Shown here piece after piece: positions 27,840 to 40,600 of a DNA stretch of 64,000 nucleotides. Source of the DNA: Balanoglossus misakiensis (Eukaryota > Animalia > Hemichordata). The stretch spans positions 2,900,265 through 2,964,264 of the forward strand of contig CM082597.2 in NCBI GenBank assembly GCA_040954595.2, given 5' to 3'. Position 1 is the first letter of the stretch; each line of letters starts with the position of its first letter. The notes beneath the pieces are model-generated. The model was not told where the DNA came from. It did no database searches and saw only the letters and a program-made list of their open reading frames with translations. The position numbers and the translations under genes were made by a program.

Positions 27840-30800
27840 TCGATCAAAAGAATGGAATTACGATACAAGAGAGGAAAGCAGAAATAATAATCCGGATGTT
27901 GTGAATAGTGTCTCTTGCAGGCAATTAACTGAAAATCGACACAACACGTGAAATTAGTTAATGAAGTTTTGTAAATAAATCTCGTGCACGGTGTTTTACT
28001 TGCATCTGTTGAATCTGCATTATAGATGAAATTAAAGGGACACACCAATTCGGTATAACATTATAAAAGAATCTGTGTCAATAATGGTATTCTACCTCTC
28101 CGTTATATTTTTGATAAGCAGTATTCACATGCAATGCATAAAAATATGAAGACATGTTCTGGATCAGATGGACTGACTGACAGTGTTCACCAGCTTTTGT
28201 TGGCAAAGGATGTATATATGTAAACAGTCGGTGTCTTTTTGAATATGTTGTTAAGCCAATTTTAGTTATGTGTATTTTGTGTTACCTGTTGGTTCTGTTT
28301 TTTCTGTGTGTATATTTTTCTCTTCTTTTTGACGGCTTTCTACAATGCTTTGTACAATCAAAAGTTGTTTATCAAAACAAACTGAAACTTGCGTGTGTAT
28401 TACATACTAGTATATTTTTCACATACACAAGCCAAGTTTCTCATTGCTGAACAGAAAATAACGGGATTTATATACAGGTCGTTCTACGTCGCAATACCAC
28501 ATGTGTATGTCACGTACTAAATATGTGGTTTACGGAATTATGTTTGCGTAATTGTCAGATGTAAACAAACAAAAGGGCGACCGCTCACCATCCCTTTCGC
28601 GTGGACCTTAACCATGACATTGAATGATTGACAAGTGGCGGTCAGAGGCTGAATATCAACAAAACATTGTTTTGAATAAAATGTAGCAAAGTGATGGGGA
28701 AAACATGATTTATTGCGCAAAAAATGACAAAAAAACTGGCTTATGCATGTGAAAAGTATATTAATAATGTTGAACAATTGATATTTTTTAAGATACTTAA
28801 TTCGACCAAAGACGATGCTAATGTGATCGCCCTTGCTACTTTTCTCTTGCACATATCATTTCATGCTGGTGACGTTAAAGCCATTTTTAAACTGTTAAAT
28901 GTTTCCTGTGTCTCTTTTCCACATTTTAATGATCGATCTGATAACATTGATACATTGTGTGTAGTGTAGACATGCAACAAATGATAACTTGGACGTGTCT
29001 CATATCGTGATTGTGGGTAATATGAATGCCAAACTACCTAACAAAAATCGGCTGATTTAATGAAGGTATTATTATGTCTTGTACATCCTGGTTGTGTATA
29101 TTGTGAATATGATATTTCACACTAAATGTTGTGGTATTATCGTGCAACTATATCAATTCTTGCACTGATACCATAAACTCATATATTTATGAGTGTAAAC
29201 AAACAAAACCTGAGTACTTCCTCTCCGATTTCATTGTGAACCTATATGAAATCGGAGTTTGTTGGCCACAAAAAAAGTATGGCAAGATAAAATATATTTA
29301 TTTTGTGTTATTCAACAATTCAATAAAATACAAGAATACAACATTACATGTGAGTGGCAAGCAACTGACAAACTCGAACCGGTCTCTACCGTCGTTGTTA
29401 GGTGCGGTTAATTTATGACACTTGGTCCACATCAGAAATTAACAGCAATTTTGGACTTTAAAATTAAAGGCCTCTTGCTTTATGTTTCGATTATACGTAT
29501 CTCACTGCTACGTGCATGATTTGACTTACCGATGCTCTCGTTTATATTAATGTACCTACCGTTATTTTACGTAAATCTGAGCAATTTTCAGCATTTTTGG
29601 AAGAATAGCAACTCGAGTAAAGATGCAAGCTTACGAATGTTATTTATATATCAATTTGGTATGCGGAGTAACAATCTGATTAAAAAGCTAATGTTCTTGC
29701 AATTATGTAATTTTTCAAGCATTACCCTTGGCACAAGCAGAAATAGGTTATCATCCGACAGCACTTCTTGATTGAGCCGTCTTTGCCGCTCATGTAGTTG
29801 TGATCTGCATCACGCTCTTCTTCGAGTTGACCTGTCTTATACTCGTTTGATGCGGCTCACAACTACACTCGCAGCAATATGTACCAACCAAGAGGTAGCA
29901 TAATTTGTATGATAATTTTGGCACGTACACAAGTTCAACAAACGAAATTCATTCGTTTAGGGGTGGGGTTTGAGGTACATTGGTTTAGTAAATTTCACTC
30001 TTTTACACTTATTTTGGTGACCACAATTTTCCTTTTATGTTTTTATTGCTGAAAATCTGTTCTATTCTTCAACTACAAAACTGACAAAGTGTTTTATTAA
30101 CAGCTCACGATTTCAAATAAATTGTCAAATCATTAAGAATGCCTACAGTGGTCAATTGTTTATAAATTAAACAACAAAGCAATGGCTGGAAGGGATTAGT
30201 TAACTGGGAAATTAATGTTGGGGGCGCTATCACCATTAATTTAGCTAGGCCACTTGCGCCGGGGAATATTCTGAGCAGCTGTCTTTCGTCAGGTCTGCAT
30301 GACATGAAAGAATCTACGGATTCCCTTAAACTGGCGCCCCTAACGTCAATACATTGAAGTGATTTCGTATGTTGTTTGCCCTATTATTTATAGAAATCCT
30401 CGGTTAATGTTAGACATGATGCGAGGGCAGTCGGAAAACCAATGTCGTGGGGGTGTGACGTGTGTCTGGGAATATTTGACTTAAAGGAAATTTATTGTAT
30501 GTTCAAGTGTGCTTAAACGATGGCGTCCGCACCGTTGTCCCATAGTGACATTCCCCTGGGCTGCATTTTGATAGCGTCGTTGCCTCCACCTAGTCATATG
30601 ATAAGAATAATGTGTTGATACTGCGTATCTAAGATAATATGTACGTAGATAGGCGTCGATGGTTCATACGAGGGTACCCTTTGCCTGGGAAGGGATAATT
30701 TATGATATTTATCACGCGATTGATTTCAAGAGATCTATTTTGATGCCATGCGATGTCACGAATATATCTATTTCCTTGTGATTGGTGACATATTAAATAG

Positions 30801-33800
30801 TCAATTAGAATCAATGATAACATGCAAGTCAGAGTATAATATCATCATTCCTGGCCGTCTGCTATGTAACCTGATCATGATCGAGCGCCCTCTGTGTCGA
30901 TAAATACAAATGCCATTTTAAAACACATCTTATTATTACAATTATGTCACGTAAAGGAATAAACACTGCTAATATTATTATATTAATTACGTACATCCAC
31001 AAATAATTCACGCAAGAAATTTGAACTTTGGATTCATATAGAAATGCACGTCCACGTACCACCATGCAATTTTGCAATGTTTGTTTTGGTTGTTTTCTGG
31101 CTGTCAAGGGAACTTGCCCCACTTTGGAATGATAACCTTGATATGAGGCTAGACTGCGATGAGACAACATGGCATCCTTCCTTGTAATAGTTTACTCATT
31201 AACACTGGGTAGATCCCGCCACTTAACTGTACCATCTGCCGCTGTTGTGATTAGACACTGTGACGACTTGTCACCTACTAGAACCACGAGTCCTGTTTTT
31301 TACACTGAACGACCTTGGCAGTCATGTTGCCTCACACTAAGGGCAAATGAAGTAATAGAAATAATGCGATATTGGTTTGAAAGATCTGGTGCGTTAATCA
31401 AGAGAAATATACTTAAATGGTGCAGTGTGTTCTTACTCTGTGAAATATTTGTTTTAGCCTCCCTGCAGTTCTGGACCCAACTTTGAACAGAAGACTTACA
31501 TGTAATCTGAGTGCAGATATCATTTTATTTATCAGTTTATCCTGAAGACCTTTAAGCTTAAAGTCATTAATATCCAGATTAATGGAGATTTTGTACCGGT
31601 GGGTACATGTGGGACTGGTGTTAGGCTGTAATGGTTCGTCCGATTAGCGGTAACCAAGGGAACTATCCAAATTTAGCAACGACCTACTTGTGGACGTTCG
31701 TGCAAGGACACGATGAGACACTGTGGTATTTCCCGTTCAATGCATGGTTTAACCCAGTAATTTCAGACTAATCCTTCCCGTGCTTTGTACTCTTGTCGCC
31801 GTTAGATCTTAGCAACATTGATCGTCATCAGTATGAAAAAGATGATTACACGCCGGTTTGTCCTGTACTATAGGTCGGTTTTCCTATACGTACTTGGACA
31901 AACCATTTTGGCGATGACATAATTTGGAATTTAATCAATAAATGTTCTGTTTCAAGAAATATGCAGTGCCAGGCATCTGATTGCAAAATACACGAGACAG
32001 TTGCACTTCTCTTTGTATAACAGTAAAACGTCAGGATCGATTGCTCCTTAAATTTTTTTCGCATATTTGGAAGTATGAGCCTATCCGAATGATCTTCATG
32101 ACCACATTTCTATCTTCATATCAACATTGCAGACATGACCCCACTGCTTCCCTATCATACACCAATCACTTCAGTCTATTTGTGTCTTTGGTCAGGAATC
32201 CCATAAAGATGAATATAGTGATGGTACAGGTGCCTGCGTCGTGTTGTCATGCCAAATATTTGGTAGGAAGGTTGCTGAGAATTATTATGTCAACAAAGCT
32301 TCGTTGGGTCTCTTGTAAACAGACAGAATTCTAACAGAAAATCTGTCATAACCTGATCATCATTGCGTATGTTGCTAGGACACAAAATTATCTGTTTGTG
32401 TCGTCGTTATGACTGACTATTTGAGTTAAGTCGGAAGGTAAAGGACGCACTGTTATGATGACCTCAGAAATCCCATCGACTCTTCTGTGTGGGTAAATTT
32501 GCTCAATTTTGCCATGGTGATAGACTAAACACAATTTCCCAATATGTCAAATTTATTGAATATCTGTTCCAATTTTGTGAACATCCCAATCAAATCACCT
32601 CATGATATGATAAATAATTAATCCATGGTGATACTCAAAACTGATGTAAGCTGCATGGATTAATAAATATTGTGATATTTACAAAGTATCCAAAACAGGT
32701 AGAAATTACAACACCATTTGGTGAACTAAATGAAATTACAATGTGATAGGCAATAGTTCAATATTGAAGCTAATTTTGAATATATCAAAAATGGCTTGGG
32801 CTTGCTATGTTACTGTTTTCTACTCTGTATAAAGTTCATTTTGGGTCATGGCTATACAATCTACCGTTCAGTGTTTTATCTCATGATGCTGCAGACGTGG
32901 CGAACCCGGTTTAGAGGTCAAACGACAGACAAGGTGATTATTGACTCGTACCATCCGATGCTAGAATTGATATCTAGTTTCCTTGTAATATGTTATATAT
33001 TGTTTGCGGTGCAAACGGTGAGTGTCTAGGCTGGGGCATCCTACACTTAAAATGTACATCCAAAGTATACACCATCGATAAATTTAACGGGTTGGGCTAG
33101 TAGTGTCTGTCAAAGTTATACTGGTGACGGTTTGTATTAATCTGACCGTCTGTGTGTGTCTATCCGTCTGTCTGTGCATCTGTGTCTCTCCCTTTCATTT
33201 TCTCTCTTCTAACTGATTGCAATTGACAACACATAGTAGTGTATATTGTCACCAGCTGAATGCGAATTCCCAAAATCTGATCTTATTTTTTTTAAATATA
33301 TTCACAAATTGCCCATTGGTTTAATTTTGTCACCAACACCAACACAGTGATGGTTTAGTAAAGTAGAGAAGAGGTCGCTTGACGGACATGATCCGTATTG
33401 ATTATTAATTTCTAGTGTTATCACGCATTGCCACTTCACTCGATGAGCTACACCTGGCTAGGCCGAGGAAGGTGTCTAAATAAACAACCTTTGCTAGCAA
33501 CCACGGAATTGACAGCTGGATTATCTGTTTGTCTTCGTGATAAATGACCTGTTGTCTGTTGTCTCTGAAGCCAGAAAAACCAAAAGACTATTTTTACACT
33601 CAAATACAGAACTCGCCGTTCTCCGTTTGAGGTCAACGTATGCATCCTTTGCTCTGCTTAACTTTACAAATATTGGTTCAGAAGTGGTATTTGAGGACGC
33701 ATCCATCGGATTTGGCCGTCAATGAAGCTATGACTAAAGTCATAAGTCCGATGAACCCAATACTCGATATCCCTAATACACAATTTCCATGGAAAACAGA

Positions 33801-35404
33801 ATAAAATCAGAAAGAGGCCAAGAAGGATATAGATGGCTACATTAACCCAGACAATTCACTGAGACAGCTCTCGAACAGTGGTCTGATAAAATATTAAATA
33901 AGTAGCAAGGTGTTGCAGTGGTATTTCTGCACTAAAAGTCGAATTCGAAATTCCACCACAATCAACCGTTTTAATTTATATTTCGTGCCTGACAAAACAC
34001 CTGACAAGGCGTGCCTTCCAACAATAACATAAAACTGTATTGAAGACTATTGAATGTCCACAGTTGGGGGGGGGGGGGGGGGGTCATTGATTTGAATTTC
34101 ACGAAGACACCCGTTATCTCTAAGGGTACTTTTACCTTTGAGTGAAGGAATAGCAATGAAAAAAATAAAGTGTATATATCAATATAGAAAACACTAATTA
34201 TTTGTGAAATTAGACAATTACCATTATTTATCAGTCGTATTACTAACAATTATGTCAATTCCTTATGAAAGAGCAGGGATGTACCTACATAATTATGTAG
34301 GGAGACAGTAGGAAGGAGTCTAAAGATGCGGATCTAAAATAGATATTTGTAGACAGAACGATGGTGATACAGAGAAACAAAAATAACTCAAGGAGAAGGA
34401 GACACAGTGGTGGAGAGGTGAAAAATGTTTGAAAAAGAATAAATCATTAACTTGTGTAGTATCTGGTCGTGTCCTTGGCTCCAGAACAGTCCTAACATGG
34501 AATACGTTTAACACGCGTTTGTGTGCCTATTTTAAACTCCATCGTGCGAGTTTAATTGGAATATTATACGGAACTACGTTCTCCCATGGTCTGCACACGC
34601 ATCCCGTTTCCAAAGGTCAGTGTCGCTATTGACGTATTTTTTTCATAGTTTGTTTCCGTGTTTGGATGACCAAGCAGAATTCGGCAAGTGGCTGCCTTGA
34701 CAACACTCGTCGATTCTGAATCTTTTGTTATTTTTGGTTCTGCAGCAAATGTTTGCAATAAGCGTACAGCTTTTAACAAATATAGACGGGGATATCACTG
34801 AAAAACAAGATATGCGACTCTCTTTGCTGAGTCAGACTATAACCCAAGCTGTACACGTACCACATTATAGTACAAGTATATGTGTGCCACCTGTCTCATA
34901 CACTGACTTGTGATATTTTTTTTTTTTTTTTGGGGGGGGGGGGGTGTCCGCAAACATCTTCCACGAAAGTTAGAAATATTATGTTTGAGTCTGACAAATT
35001 CTTGGTCGCATACCCACAGTCATGAGAACCAATCGTCGTAAAACTTGTGTCATTTTACGGCAACTGTTTCATGCATCAACGAGAAAATGCCGTCATTACA
35101 ATATTACGTGGAAGCATCCTACAATTATGCACTTTCCCTTTGAAATCTGCCATATTTTTTATCGTGGAGAAGTAAAGGTTCCGCCTAGTGAGAATGTAAG
35201 AACCTTGCTTTGATATGACCTTCGACCCCCGTAAAGATTTCAGTCAAACGGACAATGAAATACATTGCTTCAGACATGGTGAACAAATATCGTGTATTCC
35301 GCAAAAGCGTGGACAACGTAAGGAATAGAATAAAAATAAAATCCACAACATGAAACCTTTGCAATATGTTTATTTCCGTATAAATATATAAGTGACCTAT
35401 CGGT

Positions 35405-35966
35405 CAAAAGAGCTCTGCTGACTTTAACAGTGTCACCTTGGGCAATGATATGAATACCCTAGGTTTTAATTCATAACAATTGTATTCTATTGAACAAAAC
35501 CAAACATAGACATCACAAGTATTTATCCAAATTCAACTTGATTCATTGTGCTAAAGAAAGAAAGAATTGAATCCTAAAGAACAACATCAAAAGGATGCAC
35601 CAAGGTTCTAATTTGCATATTCATGACCCCATCAAATCCAAATTTACAAAATCAGGTAGGGGCACCATAACAAACTTCAGCTCCATTGTACATGTAGTTG
35701 TGGAGAAGAAATTTTTTTACCAAAACGTCTATTTTTAGATCTAATTTGCATATTCATGACCCCATCAAATCCAAATTAACAAAATCAGTTAAGGGCACCA
35801 TAACACACATTCCAACCAAATTTCAGCTAAATATGCCAAGTTGTTTTAAAGAAGAAGATTGAAATACCAAAAGTTGACGGACGACAGACAGACGACAGAC
35901 AACGGACGGACACTTATCAACCTACTGCTACAGCTCGGCTGACACAAGTGACAGCAGAGCTAATAA
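35405..35966. mobile_element. Helentron-associated (HINE/DINE-1/CvA-like) non-autonomous element
   Basis: Subterminal inverted repeat agagctctgctg / cagcagagct; internal tandem core ctaatttgcatattcatgaccccatcaaatccaaatt x2 (35608, 35740); (GACG/GACA)n tract at 35876-35912. Confidence 0.6.
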
Positions 35967-36139
35967 CTGAAAAGAGAGCTCAAACCTACAAGATAATAGT
36001 TCACATTTCAAGTATTATTTTCCCATTTTCAAGGATGGGAAATACCTGTTTACAATATAAAAGTTGGTAAATAGGAAGGAAAAGGCTAATTTATCTTTTT
36101 TGATAATATTCTCTTAATTGGAAATTTGAAGGACCGAAT

Positions 36140-36790
36140 AATATTTCAATTCAATTCAATTTATTTTCACTTTCAATTTTTACATTGAATGGTGAAAAAT
36201 GTACTGATAAAGTGAAAAAAGCAGGTAGGAAAAATAGCACTAGTCAAGTCCACCCCAGCCCCCCCCCCCCCCCATGGTGAACAGTAGAACACTTGGTTAG
36301 TAATACATACAAAAGAAAAAAAAAGTCAAACTATACTTTTTCCTAACAAGGATTTCATTTGTTTCTTAAATGAACATTTTGACCTTGTTGAGCGCGTATT
36401 TTCAGGAAGTTTATTCCAAACCTTTGCTGCAGTGTACTTTATGGAATGTTGGCCAGCATTACTGTTATATTTCGGAATAAAAAGATCGCCGATATCTTTT
36501 GATCTGGTATGATAAGAGTGTTGAATAGGAACGAAATACTCTGAGAATCCTGGTGGAAGCTTGCCATTGAGAGCATCATGAACAAACAAGGAAAGTTGAA
36601 GATCACGTTGCTTGTATACATTCAAGATATGTAACTCATTAAACAATGGTGAAGAGTGTGCAAGACGGTCTGATCCCGCCAATACATGTACAATTCTTTT
36701 CTGTGTGAGAAGTATTGGCCTCAAAAAAGATAAATAAGTATTTCCCCAAGTTTCTATAGCATAGGAAATGTGTGGAAGGATAAAACAGTA
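36140..36790 (-). mobile_element. 5'-truncated non-LTR retrotransposon (CR1/L2-group), C-terminal ORF2 fragment
   Basis: ORF 36326-36724 has QKRIV..HSSPLFNELHIL..HSYHTRS..WNKLP..SFKKQMK, typical post-RT motifs; a (ttcaa)n tail lies at ~36144-36160. Confidence 0.8.
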
Positions 36791-37604
36791 AATATAAATT
36801 CTGGAACTTGACTTTCATTAGATAAAATCTGTATACATATCAATGATGAACAGTGTAGCCAAAAATGACAAGATTTTTCCTCGAAATTTGCATAATACGC
36901 TTGTTAACATGAAGTTCACAATAGCTAAATGATTCTATGCAAAAACTGAGTAATGCACACTCAAATTTCGGGTCCATGTGGACAGAGCAAACTTTTCTTT
37001 CTTTTCTCACCCGCTAAATATATAAAAAAACTTATTAAAACCCATAAATCAAAAATCAAATTCCCCAACACGTCATACCGGTAAACATGATTCTGTGAAA
37101 TCAATGTCCAATCGACAGAAAATAAATCCTGCAATAACATCCCCTTGAGGCACTGCATGTAAATGTACTTTCAAACTTTCAAGTCTTGATTTATTTAAAA
37201 TAAAAATTACTCTTGAATATATGTTTACAAAACCATTAGTTCTAAATTTTATGTTTTGTATCAAATACCTATAAACGTATATCAATATGTATGTATAAAA
37301 TTAGAAAAATAGTGTAAATGTACTTATATCATTCGTCCCAATAGTTAAGACATGTTCGATACTACTTCAACGTAAATATTTTACGAGGAAGAACACCACT
37401 GCTTAATTTTCATCGTAGTTTCTAGAAATATTTAAAATTTCAAATACAAAAAAATATTTTGTAAACAATATAAAATAAGCAATCAAAATTGAATAGTTTG
37501 TCTGGTTACATTGCAATGCATTGTCATTAAGCAAGCATCTCTGCTATACTAAACTGTTCAGTGATTTGCTTGAATATATGGGCGTCCACAATATCAGCTG
37601 ACAT

Positions 37605-40600
37605 TTACTTCATTTTAGAGAAGTCAATATCAGCGTACTCTGTGCTCTCGGCTGGGGGTTTTGGGGGAGGCTTGGGTCGGCCACCACCTGGCATTGGTTT
37701 CTTATTGCCACTTGTTATCAGATCCAAGTCAGCATAGACCAAACCTTCGGCATTTGGAGCCTGTCGAATGAAAGATAAACTAGCTATGTTATTGATTTTC
37801 CCATGGTTGTCTGAAATATACTCAAATTTTCCCTTATCCACGAATCACTTGTGGAATAGTCTTAAATTTAGAATAGCTATCGACAATGTACATCTATTTT
37901 CACAAGATTTGTTATTGTTAAAATTTACATTCAAGTCCACTATATATATATATATATATACCGGTATGGGTTACATTGACAAACACAATCGTGTAAAGTT
38001 AACGTTTTAATAGGAGAATGATTAACTAGTTGATGTGCAGAGCCCACTCAGGCTTAGACAAACATTCCAGGGTGTGTCATTTTAACAATCATGATGTCTG
38101 CCGGTCTTACATACGTAGTATAATAAAACATGGTGTATGATGTGTGGTATAATTGGTTATTCACTGCAAAATTTATAACCTCAGGAATAAGTTTTTTTAA
38201 GAATACCTGGGGAATTTGACTTTGCTTGGGATCAGCTGATTTGTTTACCACTTCGTCAGGTACATCATCGTAGACTCTCTCCCCTTTAGGTACAGTCTTT
38301 GGTGGTTTCATAGGTTTTGGAGGTTTCCCTTTTGGTTTCACCTCGACCTCAACATCCTCGTATGCTCCATCGGTTTGGGGTTTCTCAGTTGTCTTCGCTT
38401 CCGGCACGTTGGCATATGGAAATGCACCATCTGAACCAAGGATTGATAATGACATTTACAGACGTGTATAACAAATACATGTAAAGTTGAAACGACAACA
38501 ACCAATGCATTTATAAAATTCTCTAACACTTACATATTTGTGGGCATGGTTACCGGGCTCACAAAACCGTTCGATCACTTGCGTTTGTGTTTTCATAAAA
38601 TGTGTGTAAACTTGGCACACGTGTGTGAGGTTGTCTGGACGCACACAAATATTGTACAGGGCTTGTCGTGTGCTCATGTGATGGGTTTTCACTAAGGCAA
38701 AACAGTTTGATATAGATAATGACAATCAGGAGACTCAATGTATACCTGTTTGACCAGCCGGAGTCGCACCTTTCTGTTTCGACATTTTGTCCTTTTTCAG
38801 TTGCTTCTTATTCACCTCAGCATAGACAACCGGCACGTCGTTTTGGGCACTTGCTTGCTGGTTAGCTTGAGGAGCATTCTTCTTTTTCTTGAGGTCAACA
38901 ACGGCATATTGGTCACCAGTTACATTTCCTCCTGAGTTTGCATCGAGCTCAGATTTCTTTGCCCCCATCACAGCATACTGGGAGGGAGGACCATCCTTAT
39001 CGGAGACGGCATATTTCCCTGTGGAGAGGATATGTGGAGAGGAAATGTAATGAGCAAACCACTGTTGGTTTGATTTAAATCAGTATCTGATACTAGTATA
39101 TTTTAATCTGTCAAATCGACACCGTCCCAGGTATACACAGAATTGCATTCAGTGCATGAAAATACACTGTATTAATCAAAGAGTCAATTGACTCAATTAA
39201 CACCAAACTTCATTATTGTGTACATTACCTGCTTGTTTTGTCTTGCTCGGTTTGTATGGCACCGGTGGTGGAGTTATACTATCGTTTGTGTCAGCACCAT
39301 CAGTTACCATTGTATCATGAACTACGGAGGAATATTCTACATCTAGACATATAAAACATAATAATATTAAATGAAAAAAAAATATTTGTTTTTCAAGTTA
39401 ACCAGTAGAAGTATATTTTTATCAGCTCATACTATTCCAATACTAATCCCATTCATTTACCTGCCGTGCCTTTCCCTTGATTGTCAGCTATCAATCTTGT
39501 GTCGAGGTTGGTGTTTTCATGGTAGATGTTGTCCATAGATGCCCTACCATTAAAAACAAGGATGTTACTGATAGCAGCACAGACGTTGATGCTACAAACT
39601 GAATAACCACTTTTTTACTAGGTTAAATATTTACATCACACAGTCACACTAATGAACACTTCACAATATGTGTATACATTGTAATACAATCACAAATGTG
39701 AAGCAACAAACGGCACGAAATTTAATGAAAGTCCAATACACAGGCACATACAAATAAAATGAACACACTACACACGCATGTAGTAAGGGTAAATTTAAGG
39801 TTAATACTTACCCAGATGCATTTTGTGATCCTGCAAAAGAAGAAATTGATTATCATTAGCATAGTACAATGTTGAATAGTAGATTCGTAACCTCGAGGAG
39901 GATTATTTTGGTCATTGCTCACTGAAGGAGTTTCCTTTAAGGCCTGAGGCCATCATCAGCCTCATGCGAATAACACGACGTTGAAAAACATTTTATAGGA
40001 AAACGAAGGATTAAGGAAACCCTACATCGGTGTAGCGTATGTGATTTCCAAAACAGGAATCAAAATGAAAAATCTTACTTTTTGACTTCATTTCCTGTGC
40101 GTTCCGCCATACAAGGATTGATAGAATAACAATCGCAATAGAAGCAAGTATGATCAATGTAATGATAATGCTCCCAGCTATAACATATGACTTCGATGCC
40201 GGTACCGTATCTGTTTCAATTAAGGAACATATAATTGCATGCAATAAGTGAAAATGGTTTATGGCATATCATTTTTGTGAGAAAGCACATGCTAATACAT
40301 TTCATGAAATTAATGCTATTATTTCACAGCCACAAAGGTTTTGATGCAACAGTATTTTTTAAAATCTTCCTTGTATCCATATATATATATTACATTTCAA
40401 TTCCATAGAGTAGCCTATGCTTCTCATGCTTTTGACACATATTTGAAAATATAGTCAGTCAACGTATCAGTTGATCTTGTTGAATTTTTGTTGGATAGCC
40501 GCAGCACAAACTACATTATGACCTGAAGCAAAGTATTAATCAGTAACTATCACACGTACATTCATGGTAAACCGGCTCTCCACACTCTGTGTAAGTGCCG

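Noticed and set aside
28000-34300. Many short ORFs in the B-C spacer
   Set aside because: No recognisable domains or coherent exon chain; treated as UTR, intergenic DNA or decayed repeats.
34380-34632. Possible degenerate Ig exon (EGDTVV..SLTCVVSG..VLTW)
   Set aside because: No second Cys motif at the right spacing, frame breaks, and no clear splice sites; may be chance.
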